64,000 nucleotides of DNA from Leptonemataceae bacterium (GCA_965227295.1 OZ245742.1:416001-480000); one strand, 5' to 3'. Shown: positions 48,487 through 58,631, counted from the first letter of the stretch. Translations and numbers: made by a program. Notes: a model not told the origin generated them from the sequence alone.

Positions 48487-48518
48487 ACGGCCCGCCGCCG
48501 AAGGCGGGCCGTGTTTTT
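48487..48518 (+). terminator. Intrinsic terminator inside the toxin locus
   Basis: ACGGCCCGCC-GCCGAA-GGCGGGCCGT followed by GTTTTT. Confidence 0.75.
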
Positions 48519-48560
48519 GCATCATTGTAAGATCATACATTCTTATCGCGGATTACAGCC

Positions 48561-51500
48561 ATGCAGACCACGAAGCCTATCATCGCAAAAATCTTCCGTC
48601 GCAGTGCGCACGCGCTAACCGGTGCTGTGCTGACATTAACCATTGCCTGCGGCGGTTCGAGCGGCGGCGACGCCGCCTGGCTTCTGGCCGGTCTCGGCCT
48701 CGGCCCGCGCAGCCTGCCCGAAGACGCAGCCCTGCCCGCTTCCGGCTCCGACGTCGGCGGCGGTCGTTCGCCGGCTTACGCGCCGACGCCGGAAGGCAGC
48801 GATCTCTTTTCGATCTCTACGAACTACAGCGCCGCGGTGGACGATCCGGAGACCAAAGCCGATCCTCTCGCCGGGACCGCTTACGTCGCACCGCCGCAGC
48901 CGAATCACTATGGTACGCTGAGCTTCAGTTACCCCGTGGAAGTGCCGGCCGGGCGCGCCGGTGTACAGCCCGGTATAAGCCTGGGCTACTCCGCCGCCGC
49001 CGGCGACGGCTGGGTGGGTATCGGCTGGAACCTGGGCCTCGGCGCGATCACGCGCACCACCGAGTACGGAGCTCCGTTCTACGATCATCGCGACGTCTTT
49101 ACATACAACGGCAAACGCCTGGTGAAAGTCAACGGGCCGTCGAATAGCGAAGACGGTGTCTATCGCGAAGAGATTACTTCGAGCGCGATGATGCGCTTTG
49201 AACTTTCGAACAGCGCGTCGGGCGGTACGTGGACCGTGCGCAGCTCCGCCGGTACTGTTACGACCTACGGCTCCTCCACGGACAGCCGCATCCATCGACC
49301 GGATGATTCCACGCAGACCTACAGCTGGTACTTCGCGCGCACGGAAGATCGCAACGGCAACTACATGGAAGCCGTTTATGATACCTCGCACTACGCCGAC
49401 GACAACGTCCTCTATTTAGAAGAAATCCGCTATACCGGCAACTCGAACGCCGGCCACAACCCCCGCCAGTACGTGCGTTTCACGACCCGCGCGCGGGACA
49501 CGGGCTACGGCGCGTACGTCTCGAAGGCGCCGGGCTTTCTCATGCGCATGGACCGTCTGCTCGATTCCATCGAGGTCGGCTACAACGGCAGCGAGCTCTG
49601 GAGTTACAATCTCGTCTACGAAACCTCGGAAGATTCGCATCGCCCGCGATTGCGTACGGTAGACTCCAACCGCACTACGACGCGGCCGGAGTTTCTGTAC
49701 CAAACTTCCAGTCGCCAGTTGTTATGGAACCAGGTACCGAACCAGGCCGCGAACGATCCGGAAGTGAATCCGAAAGCGACGCAGTACTTCGAAGGCGACT
49801 TCAACGGCGACGGCATTTCGGATCTCGTGTTCTTTAATCCGGAGAACGGTTCCTGGAAAGCGGCCGAGGGCCGGCGCGGCGGCGGTTTCAATTATCGCAT
49901 CTACGGTTATAAGTTCCAGGGCTACAACAGCGAAGATCGCATCGTCTTTTTTCAGTCGGGCCTCACCGGGGACTTCAACGGCGACGGACGCGCGGACATC
50001 GTCATGTATACGCCGGAGAACCGCGAGTTCTGGATCGCGCAGCACGACGGCCGCGTCTTCCAGTTTCGGAACTTCGGCCGCCTGCTTTCGATGCAGATCG
50101 ACCCGGCGAAGGCCGATCTTTTCCCCGGCGACTTCGACGGCAACGGCGTGTCGGACGCGCTCTTCTTCAACGAACCCACCGGCGAATGGTTGCTCGCGCT
50201 GAACAAGGACGGCACCCGCTTCGAGTACCGCGTAATCGCGCGGCAATTCCAGCATCTCTACCGCGACGACTATTCACCGGACGCGACGCTGAACTCAGCG
50301 GCAACGTCCGATGCGAGCGCGAAGGATCGCGGGAAGATCCGTTTCTTAAGCGGCGACTTCAACGCCGACGGCCGCAGCGACGTTTCGTTCTACGACGAGC
50401 GCAACGGTCACTGGTGGGTCGGCGAGAATCATCCCGACGTGAACACGGTCTTTCGTTTGCACTGGAAGATTTACAAGGTCTTCAGCGCGCCGGAGCAGGC
50501 CCTCTTCGCGCAAGAACGTTTCACCGGCGACTTCAACGGCGACGGCTTCTCGGACTTTCTGTTGTTCGATCGCAACGACGGGCGCTGGATTCTGGGTGAG
50601 ACCGGCGACGAGACGATCACGTTTCGCGTGTGGTCCACGGCACCGCAACACAAGGAGATCACACGCTGGCTGCAGGGCGACTTCAACGGCGACGGGCGCA
50701 CCGACGTCGGTTTCTTCTCGGCGAACGATAACAACTTCTGGATCGGCGAGGCGACGCCGGCCGGCCTGCGTTATCGCGTCTACAGCAACATGTCCTACGG
50801 CCCGGACGCCGCGCGGGTGATGCAAACACCGCTGCCGGAAGACGAAGTGGAACTGAAAAGCGCACGGGCCGTGATTCGTTCCGCAAGCGCCTCCGCGCTG
50901 CTGGACTTCCAGTATGACGGCAACAATCGGCCCTACAAAGGCGAGCAGGTCTTCGCCGGTTGTTTCACCGGCGCTGATTGCATCACCACGCCGGAGCTGC
51001 TGATCTTCGATCGTAAGTCAGAATCATTTTATCTTAAGCAGGGCGCCGGCGCGCCGAACCTGGTGCTCAGCGGCGTGAATCCGCTCGAAGACGGAGCGAC
51101 ACTGTTATTCGACGGCGTACCCGGACGCTACACGCAAAGCGCAAAGGACGAGCTGCTGTATCACGATTCAATAAACACCGGCAGCACGAATCACCGGTTT
51201 CGCATTGTCCGTGAGAACAACGGCTTCGAAGACATAACTCTCGCTCAGTTCGACTCCAGTGATGTTACGAATTTTCAGATCGGCGAAAGCGCGTTTCTGG
51301 TGGATCACTTCGACGCCACGAACGAAAAATCCGTGCTCGTGCTCGACGATCAACGCAGCACGGCGCGCTTTCTGCTCGTCCGCGGCACGACGAAGACGCC
51401 GCTCACGTTCGGCGCCGGCGCGCTCAGCGCCCAGGACTTCAAGAACGTCTTTCAGCAGGGCGGCTATCCGAACCGCCTCGGCCGCGGCGCGTTCAGTTTC

Positions 51501-54500
51501 TTCAGCGCCGACTTCGACGGCGACGGCTACGCGAGCGTGCTGCTCGTCGATCGCAGTTCGTCCACGCATCGTTATTACCTCGGCGCGCTCTCCGGTACGA
51601 CGATTACCTGGACATTGCTGAACGGCACACCGGCGATGGTGCTGCCCTTCACCGAACATCAAAGCGAGCTCAACGCCGCCGGCATCGCCTATCGTCTGCG
51701 CCCCGAAAGCGGCGGCGCGCGCTCCATCGTCTACAGCAAGGTTGTCGGTGGTTCGTTACGATTCTTTAAGCTTACGGTCAGCGGCACGGCCGTCTCCCAG
51801 AGCACTCACTTCGCTCCGCACAACTACCAGAGCTTCGCCGGCGAGTACGATCACGAGGGCAATCCGATTTTGCGCGGCGCGAGCGGTGCGATTCGTTTCA
51901 ATCTCGCAAACAATCAGGCCCAGGCGCTGACTTCGAATCATGTGCAGCGTAGCCTCGACCGGCCGGATCTCTTAACGAAGGTCTACCCGTTCCGCTGGCT
52001 GCAGGGCGATTACAACGGCGACGGACTTACGGACATCGGCATCTTTCATTTAAAGGAGCCGGTCTGGTACTTCGCGCTGAGCAACGGCAAGCTACCGGAC
52101 ATCGTCGACCGCGTACTGAACGGCATCGGCGGCTCGTATCACTTCGAGTTCGCGCACTCCACGGAGTTCGACAACACCGGCCCGGACGACGTGCCGGATC
52201 TTCCGGCCCGTTCACTGCTGCTTACGAAGGTGACGGTGGACGACGGCCTCAACCGCCGCTACGAAACTCGCTACGAGTACTCCGACGGTAGCTTACAGTC
52301 GCGGATCATTAGCGGGCGTAAAGAGATCGACAGCTTCGGCTTCGGACGTTTCGTCGCCCGGGACGCGCTGAACCGGCGCACGATCAGCCTGCATCATGCG
52401 ACTCCGTACGCGAACTTCATGGAGAACCGCGCGCTGGGCGGCGCCGTCCGCGAAGTCCAGACGATCGGCTCGGACAACGTGTTGCACCGCGTTTCGAAGT
52501 ACGAGTACCGGATACATACTATAGAAGAACGCCCGGGCGCGCGCAGCTACCTCGCAGAAACAATCCGCTCCGAAGAACGCGTGCGCGGCACCCTGGTCTC
52601 CACGAGCACGCAGAACCTCAATCTCGTTTCGAATCGTTACGAGGTCGCAGCGATTACAAACACGGCGACGGATCATTACAGCGACAGCACGCATTCCGCG
52701 GCGACGATCACCAGCGTTACGAATTTCGAGACCATCGCGGCGACGAACCAGCAACGCCCTGTATCCCGGGTGAGCCTGAGCGGTACCGCTCACGAGACGA
52801 CGACGGCGTACGTCTACGACGGCAACGGCAACGTCAGCCGCACGACCCTGACCAATACCGGCACCGGCCTGCCCGCCGTCGCGCCTCGCATCACCGAGAC
52901 GGACTACGATAGCTACGGCAACGTCACGGAAACCCGGGACGTCTCCAGCACGCCGACGCGCGTCGTACAAACTTTGTACGATTCACAGTTACACCAGTTC
53001 GTAGTACGAAAACGCCACGTCGGGGACTCTCTTAACATCGATACGAACTACAACATCGACTACGGCCCCGCTTTCGGCGCGCCGTATGAAATCATCGACG
53101 CGAACGGTGAGCACAGCTACCACGATTACGACGGCTACGGTCGGCTCGTCGCCGTGCGCGCGGATACCCCGGCCGGCACGTCCGGCCTCTCCGCCTACAG
53201 TTACTCAACCGACTTCCCGCTGTCCGCGAGAACCACGCTCCACACCGGCACCAGTGATCCGTCGTTCGTCAGCCGATCCTACGTGGACGGCCTCGGCCGC
53301 GACTTACAAACGGTAAAGACCGCGAGCGGCGGCAACTACGTTCGCAGCGGCGTGCTGATCTACGACGGCGCCGGGCGCCTGGAACAACGCGGCCAGAGCG
53401 AATGGGCCGGCGCCGCCGAGATCGATTCGTATTATCCCGACACAAGCGCCAAACATCCGACGCGCTACGAGTACGACGGCGCCGGACGCGTGGCCAAAAC
53501 GACTCTCCCGCTGAACGAGGGCGAAACTTCGCCGACCACGATCACGGTTCACTACCAGGATCCGTACATCGTCACGGAAAGTCACTCCGGCGGCCAGGCG
53601 AAACGCATCACGCGCAACGGTCGCGGCCAGGTCCTGTACGTGCGCGATTTCGGCACCGGCGACGACGCTCAGTTGGTAGACGCCGAGATCGGCTTCTGTT
53701 ACGACATCGCCGGGAACCGTACGAAGAAAGCCGACCTCAACGGCGCTACCATGAGCTGCGCCGACGCCGGCGGAGCCGTGCCCGCGAAAGATACGAGCGG
53801 CCAGAACCGCGCCTACTGGCGCCATGACGCCTTCGGCCAACTGCGCGAGATGAGCGATCCCGACTTCGGCGTCGCCTACTACACCTACAACGCCTTCGGC
53901 GACATGATCACACAGACCGACGCCCGGGCGCTGACGACGAATCTCTCGTACGACCGCTTAGGTCGTATCAGTACGAAGTTACTCCCGGCCGGCGAGGGTC
54001 TGGTCAGCTACACCTACGACAGCTACGGCTCGAACGAAAACACGATCGGCCGCCTGGCGTTGATCGAGGACTCCGTACAGAGCAAGGAGTTCAGCTACGA
54101 CGAGCTGGGCCGCGTGAAGCGCGAAATCCGCGAGATCGAAAACATCGGCGTCACCGCCCTGGACGTACCGTACATCACCGAGTACCGCTACGATCATCTG
54201 GGTCGTGTGAAGTCCGTCGACTATCCCGAGCACCCGACGTCGAATCACAAGATTCGCGTGTGCTACGATTACGGAACCGCCGGTTATGTTACGGGCATCA
54301 CCACCGACACCGATGCAGGCGGTTATCCGCTGTTCGGCGGGGCCTGCGGTTCGAATACGAAAACCATCGTTTCGAACATAGGCTACAACGAGTTCGGCCA
54401 GACCGCCTCATTCACGCTGGGCAACGGCGTAACCACGAGCTACACCCACGACGTTCGCGGACGCATTACGAACCTGCACAGCTCCGGCATCGTCTCCGGC

Positions 54501-56261
54501 GCGTCTAAAGTTCTACAGAATACAACCTACGAGTTCAACCCGAACAACTCCATCGCGAGCGTAAGCAACTCGTCCACGGACTACTCGACGACCTACAACT
54601 ACACCTACGACGGCCTCAACCGCCTCATCAGCGCGAACGGCATGTACACCGACAACGGCTCGACCACGACGAAGTTCCGACGTGCCTACGGTTACGCCGA
54701 CAACGGCAACCTCATACGCAAGGACGAGCTCGATCCGGACACGACCGCCCTGCTCGATCGCTGGACCTTCAACTATACGAACCACGCGGTCACGAGCATC
54801 GACTCGACGTCGTACGGCGTCGACCGCATCACCATGACGTACGACGCCGTGGGCAACGCGATTACGCAGAACGACGCGGCAAACAGCTTCGAGAAAACGC
54901 TCTCGTTCGATTCGCGCAACCGCATTGTCAATGTCTATGATGTGGATCGCCAGGTCACCGTCGGCGAATATCGTTACGACGACGGCGGCTTCCGCGTGCA
55001 GAAAAACGCCAACATGCTGAAGGGCGGCGTCTACAAGGACGTCAACATTCTGTATCCGTCCATGTTCTTTGGTCTTGAGCATGTGCCGGAAGATTCGAGC
55101 ACCGATTCGGTGAATAACATCTATTTAAACGGCGTGCGCGTCGCCGCCATGGCCCAGAACGGCGCCCTCGCTTATTATCTCACGGACCAGGTGGACTCGG
55201 TCTCCCACGTTCTGGATGATCAGGCCGAGACCCTCACGCGCATTCAGTACAAGCCCTACGGCGAAACCTTCGTGCATGAGGGCGATCAGGATTTCGCTCC
55301 GAAGTACAATTCCCAGGAGCTGGATTCGGAGAGCAGGTTCTACTACTTCAACGCCCGGCACTATGATCCGCAGGTCGCCCGGTTTGTGAGCGCGGATACG
55401 GTCATTGACGGCGGGCCCACCAGTACGCAGGGATGGAACCGGTACATGTATGTGCGGGGGAATCCGATTAAGTATAAGGATCCGACGGGGCATGATGCGA
55501 TCGACGGGCAATTCAGGGGATTGGAGTTCAGCGACTTTTTTCCGAATGCGTCGGAGCCGCGCTACGTGGCCGAAGAGGTTCATGTCACCGCACCACGATA
55601 CAATGACGATATCGGCGGAGTTGTCCGGCGCCTCAACGACTGGCATCGCCAGACAACCAACGAACTACAGAAGGCGAACCTGAAACAAGTGGCCGCAGGC
55701 GCAACCGATGCCCTGGCCCAGATGTATCAAACACAAGCGATTGTCACAACCGTAATCGTACCACCGTTGCTACTGTACAATCTGTCTCAATATTATGGGA
55801 CCGAGATGATCAACGACAGCGTAAGCACATGGGCTCTGACCGGCCTCAGCGGACGTGGGAGAGAAGCCGGCAAGCGAAATATAGAGAGGTTTAGTTTCGC
55901 CTTTTCCCTGTTTGACTCGTACCGGGGCAAGGGCGTTCCCATGCCTACCGGCGGCGTAGTCGGCGATGCAATGGATGCGACAATTACCACAATGATCGTG
56001 GGACGAGAAACAGGTCGGATCATGAAAAATCAATCGCTGCGGGCGTGGCATTCATTACCGAAGATTAAGTGGCCCGAATGGAAGCTGAAAAAAACGGCGA
56101 AGAAATCTCGGCTGAGAACGTATGAAAATCTATTCGAAAGCCCGGTCCCGAACTTTAGCGATACTTCTCGACCGATCCTCAAGCACGGCCTGGAAGAAAC
56201 CAGTGTCAACGGCGTGCCCGTTCTCAGAGTGCGTTCCAGATGGAAGGGCGACAGCAAGTAA
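48561..56261 (+). CDS. Lipoprotein SpvB/FG-GAP/RHS polymorphic toxin (fused TcB-TcC-like) with variable C-terminal domain
   Basis: Lipobox LTIAC; GTLSFSYPVEVPAGRAGVQPGISLGY..GWVGIGWNL (SpvB N-term); repeated GDFNGDG; NGIGG and FGFG (TcdB-mid); YD repeats; YYFNARHYDP..RFVSAD..NRYMYVRGNPIKYKDPTG core. Confidence 0.92.
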   Translation: MQTTKPIIAKIFRRSAHALTGAVLTLTIACGGSSGGDAAWLLAGLGLGPRSLPEDAALPASGSDVGGGRSPAYAPTPEGSDLFSISTNYSAAVDDPETKADPLAGTAYVAPPQPNHYGTLSFSYPVEVPAGRAGVQPGISLGYSAAAGDGWVGIGWNLGLGAITRTTEYGAPFYDHRDVFTYNGKRLVKVNGPSNSEDGVYREEITSSAMMRFELSNSASGGTWTVRSSAGTVTTYGSSTDSRIHRPDDSTQTYSWYFARTEDRNGNYMEAVYDTSHYADDNVLYLEEIRYTGNSNAGHNPRQYVRFTTRARDTGYGAYVSKAPGFLMRMDRLLDSIEVGYNGSELWSYNLVYETSEDSHRPRLRTVDSNRTTTRPEFLYQTSSRQLLWNQVPNQAANDPEVNPKATQYFEGDFNGDGISDLVFFNPENGSWKAAEGRRGGGFNYRIYGYKFQGYNSEDRIVFFQSGLTGDFNGDGRADIVMYTPENREFWIAQHDGRVFQFRNFGRLLSMQIDPAKADLFPGDFDGNGVSDALFFNEPTGEWLLALNKDGTRFEYRVIARQFQHLYRDDYSPDATLNSAATSDASAKDRGKIRFLSGDFNADGRSDVSFYDERNGHWWVGENHPDVNTVFRLHWKIYKVFSAPEQALFAQERFTGDFNGDGFSDFLLFDRNDGRWILGETGDETITFRVWSTAPQHKEITRWLQGDFNGDGRTDVGFFSANDNNFWIGEATPAGLRYRVYSNMSYGPDAARVMQTPLPEDEVELKSARAVIRSASASALLDFQYDGNNRPYKGEQVFAGCFTGADCITTPELLIFDRKSESFYLKQGAGAPNLVLSGVNPLEDGATLLFDGVPGRYTQSAKDELLYHDSINTGSTNHRFRIVRENNGFEDITLAQFDSSDVTNFQIGESAFLVDHFDATNEKSVLVLDDQRSTARFLLVRGTTKTPLTFGAGALSAQDFKNVFQQGGYPNRLGRGAFSFFSADFDGDGYASVLLVDRSSSTHRYYLGALSGTTITWTLLNGTPAMVLPFTEHQSELNAAGIAYRLRPESGGARSIVYSKVVGGSLRFFKLTVSGTAVSQSTHFAPHNYQSFAGEYDHEGNPILRGASGAIRFNLANNQAQALTSNHVQRSLDRPDLLTKVYPFRWLQGDYNGDGLTDIGIFHLKEPVWYFALSNGKLPDIVDRVLNGIGGSYHFEFAHSTEFDNTGPDDVPDLPARSLLLTKVTVDDGLNRRYETRYEYSDGSLQSRIISGRKEIDSFGFGRFVARDALNRRTISLHHATPYANFMENRALGGAVREVQTIGSDNVLHRVSKYEYRIHTIEERPGARSYLAETIRSEERVRGTLVSTSTQNLNLVSNRYEVAAITNTATDHYSDSTHSAATITSVTNFETIAATNQQRPVSRVSLSGTAHETTTAYVYDGNGNVSRTTLTNTGTGLPAVAPRITETDYDSYGNVTETRDVSSTPTRVVQTLYDSQLHQFVVRKRHVGDSLNIDTNYNIDYGPAFGAPYEIIDANGEHSYHDYDGYGRLVAVRADTPAGTSGLSAYSYSTDFPLSARTTLHTGTSDPSFVSRSYVDGLGRDLQTVKTASGGNYVRSGVLIYDGAGRLEQRGQSEWAGAAEIDSYYPDTSAKHPTRYEYDGAGRVAKTTLPLNEGETSPTTITVHYQDPYIVTESHSGGQAKRITRNGRGQVLYVRDFGTGDDAQLVDAEIGFCYDIAGNRTKKADLNGATMSCADAGGAVPAKDTSGQNRAYWRHDAFGQLREMSDPDFGVAYYTYNAFGDMITQTDARALTTNLSYDRLGRISTKLLPAGEGLVSYTYDSYGSNENTIGRLALIEDSVQSKEFSYDELGRVKREIREIENIGVTALDVPYITEYRYDHLGRVKSVDYPEHPTSNHKIRVCYDYGTAGYVTGITTDTDAGGYPLFGGACGSNTKTIVSNIGYNEFGQTASFTLGNGVTTSYTHDVRGRITNLHSSGIVSGASKVLQNTTYEFNPNNSIASVSNSSTDYSTTYNYTYDGLNRLISANGMYTDNGSTTTKFRRAYGYADNGNLIRKDELDPDTTALLDRWTFNYTNHAVTSIDSTSYGVDRITMTYDAVGNAITQNDAANSFEKTLSFDSRNRIVNVYDVDRQVTVGEYRYDDGGFRVQKNANMLKGGVYKDVNILYPSMFFGLEHVPEDSSTDSVNNIYLNGVRVAAMAQNGALAYYLTDQVDSVSHVLDDQAETLTRIQYKPYGETFVHEGDQDFAPKYNSQELDSESRFYYFNARHYDPQVARFVSADTVIDGGPTSTQGWNRYMYVRGNPIKYKDPTGHDAIDGQFRGLEFSDFFPNASEPRYVAEEVHVTAPRYNDDIGGVVRRLNDWHRQTTNELQKANLKQVAAGATDALAQMYQTQAIVTTVIVPPLLLYNLSQYYGTEMINDSVSTWALTGLSGRGREAGKRNIERFSFAFSLFDSYRGKGVPMPTGGVVGDAMDATITTMIVGRETGRIMKNQSLRAWHSLPKIKWPEWKLKKTAKKSRLRTYENLFESPVPNFSDTSRPILKHGLEETSVNGVPVLRVRSRWKGDSK

Positions 56262-56356
56262 GTTCGTAGCGGTAAGTGCAAATATTCGGGGTGGGACTCA
56301 CGGAATTACCCGGAACCCACCCCGTAACCCCATCTTCCTCCGCGCGTCATAACCCC

Positions 56357-57364
56357 ATGCTCCCGTACTCCATCCTCGACCTCAGCCCCATCGTCGAAGG
56401 CGGCAATGCCGCGCAGTCTTTTCGCAACACGCTCGATCTTGCACAACACGCCGAACGCCTGGGCTATCGTCGCTTCTGGCTGGCCGAACACCACGGCATG
56501 CCGGGCATCGCCAGCGCGGCGACCTCGGTGGTGATTTCGCATGTGGCGCACGGCACGGAAACGATTCGCGTCGGAGCCGGCGGCATCATGTTGCCGAACC
56601 ATTCGCCGCTCGTAATCGCCGAGCAGTTCGGTACGCTGGAGACGCTCTTTCCGGGACGCATCGATCTCGGCCTCGGTCGCGCGCCGGGATCGGATCAAAA
56701 GACGGCCCAGGCGCTGCGACGCGCGAGCACGACTTCGCCGGACGCGTTTCCGAATGATGTGCTGGAACTCATGCAATATTTTCAACCGCCGGAAGACTAT
56801 CGCGGTGTGCGCGCCGTGCCCGGTAACGATTTGAACGTTCCCATCTGGATTCTCGGCTCCAGCCTCTTCGGCGCGCAACTCGCCGCGAAACTCGGCCTGC
56901 CGTACGCCTTTGCATCGCACTTCGCCCCGACGCACCTGAACGCGGCCATGCAGGTCTATCGCGAACGCTTCGAGCCGTCCGCTAACTTTCAGCGGCCGTA
57001 CTTTATGCCCGCGCTGAACGTCATGGCCGCCGACACCGACGAAGAGGCGATGTTTCTGGCGAGTTCCATGCAGCAGGCGTTCGTGAATCTCGCGACGAAG
57101 GGCCCGTCGCAACTACCGCCGCCGGTGGAGAATTATTTCGATTCGCTCTCGCCGGTCGAGGCGTCCGTCGTGCAGAACACGTTGATGTATTCGGCCGTCG
57201 GCTCGCGGGAAACCGTACGCGATATGATCATCCGCTTTTTGGATTTCACCGGCGCCGATGAGTTGATGATTACGGCGCACATCTTCGATCACGACGCGCG
57301 GTTGCGTTCCGTGGAGATGGCCGCGGGGATTTTGAAAGAGTTGGTGCCCGTGGGACGCAAATGA
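56357..57364 (+). CDS. Luciferase-like (LLM class) flavin-dependent oxidoreductase
   Basis: [60 protein letters not shown]. Confidence 0.92.
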   Translation: MLPYSILDLSPIVEGGNAAQSFRNTLDLAQHAERLGYRRFWLAEHHGMPGIASAATSVVISHVAHGTETIRVGAGGIMLPNHSPLVIAEQFGTLETLFPGRIDLGLGRAPGSDQKTAQALRRASTTSPDAFPNDVLELMQYFQPPEDYRGVRAVPGNDLNVPIWILGSSLFGAQLAAKLGLPYAFASHFAPTHLNAAMQVYRERFEPSANFQRPYFMPALNVMAADTDEEAMFLASSMQQAFVNLATKGPSQLPPPVENYFDSLSPVEASVVQNTLMYSAVGSRETVRDMIIRFLDFTGADELMITAHIFDHDARLRSVEMAAGILKELVPVGRK

Positions 57365-57549
57365 TTTTATCTCATATAGACTGAAAAATAATTAGTATGA
57401 TTATATTACGTATCCGGAATTCACATATTCGATAATCGTTTATATTGTACTCCCATAATACTGACTTCTTTTTTCGGATTCACGGCCGCATCCTATCGCG
57501 CTTCGCTTGCTGAAATTTTATTTCACGATGCATCTTCCTTTCGTGGGCA

Positions 57550-57972
57550 GTGGCGCGTCACGAAAACCTTATCCCCGGCCGATTGTTAAGGCACGTAATA
57601 AGTGTGCCTCGTCCCTCATCAGGCTGCGTGAAGATGCCGGATTCTCCCAGGGAGAAGTCGCCGACAAAATCTTGCAAATGGGCGAACCCTGTAGCCAATC
57701 CCAGGTTAGCCTGTGGGAGTCCGGTCACGCCTAAGGTCTGATGAATCAGCGCGATAATCCCCTCGCCGCGCCGCATGGCTTCGGGGACGACTCACCGGAC
57801 CTTCCAGTAGGGCGCGGTCAAACGATTCGAGCCGCGCGCTCGAACAAACCCGGGCGAGCGACGGATCGATCCGTTGCGAAATCCGGGAGTGGCACGCGCT
57901 CCGTCGAAACAGAAGGCCGCAGACTCCGAAAGCAAAAAGAAGTCTACCGCGAAGAAGAAGCGGAGTAAGTGA
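57550..57972 (+). pseudogene. Degraded paralog of the XRE regulator at 40169-40780
   Basis: RLREDAGFSQGEVA..SQSQVSLWESG then stop at 57732; LMNQRD..LAA; frameshifted GAVKRFEPR..KKKSTAKKKR, colinear with the intact copy; 5' boundary approximate. Confidence 0.7.
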
Positions 57973-57976
57973 TTCG

Positions 57977-58411
57977 TTACAGATTCTCCAGATCCAGTTG
58001 ATCCTTCAAACGTCCGGTCGCGCGCTTGTTCTTCTTTAGGTCATCCAGTCCGATGAAAGGCACAGGGACTGCTTCGAATTCGACAACATACCGGCGCTCA
58101 TAACAATCATCGAACTCGACTCCGTCCAGCGACGTAAGTAGATCGATGCGTTGCGGCGGATAGCCGAGCTGGATGACCTGATCCGGCGACATCAGGGCGT
58201 CGACGGTAAGTCCGATGCTGCCCAGGCCGAACGCTTCCAGCGCCCGCAACAGGCGCGCCGCATTGTCCGCATCCGAATGTAGCCAGATGTCGATGTCGCC
58301 CGTGAATCGGGGGTAGCCGTGAATGACAACGGCATATCCTCCCGCGACAAGATAACGAACTTCATTTTCGTTTAATAATTGTACAAACTCTCTGAAATCG
58401 CCGCTCAACAT
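57977..58411 (-). CDS. Minimal nucleotidyltransferase-fold protein
   Basis: VAGGYAV..HGYPRFTGDIDIW, RIDLL, KNKRATGRLKDQLD. Confidence 0.85.
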   Translation of the reverse strand: MLSGDFREFVQLLNENEVRYLVAGGYAVVIHGYPRFTGDIDIWLHSDADNAARLLRALEAFGLGSIGLTVDALMSPDQVIQLGYPPQRIDLLTSLDGVEFDDCYERRYVVEFEAVPVPFIGLDDLKKNKRATGRLKDQLDLENL

Positions 58412-58559
58412 CGGGATGCATCTCCATCCACTGCCGCCGCAGTTCTTCCAGGGCCTGCAGGCGTTCCTGCGGAGTTTTGGTGCGCCAGTACTCGCGGTCC
58501 GTATCCGGGTCGTGGAGATTGCGGATCGTCACCGGCATGTCTTTCGCGGACTCGCTCAT
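58362..58559 (-). CDS. Small (65 aa) partner of the nucleotidyltransferase
   Basis: DREYWRTKTPQERLQALEELR motif; overlaps the NTase start by 50 bp. Confidence 0.7.
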   Translation of the reverse strand: MSESAKDMPVTIRNLHDPDTDREYWRTKTPQERLQALEELRRQWMEMHPDVERRFQRVCTIIKRK

Positions 58560-58631
58560 GGATCCTTCGATCGTACGACACTGCGCCCGGTCGTCAATGA
58601 TGTTTCTGGTGCTTGCATAGATCGTCACCAG

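Noticed and set aside
49790-52030. Repeated GGCGACTTCAACGGCGACGG as a CRISPR or DNA repeat array
   Set aside because: In-frame FG-GAP/VCBS protein repeats with irregular long spacing; no cas genes
55770-56352. Small ORFs as a possible RHS immunity gene
   Set aside because: All overlap the toxin CTD (antisense or out of frame) and have no RBS or protein-like features
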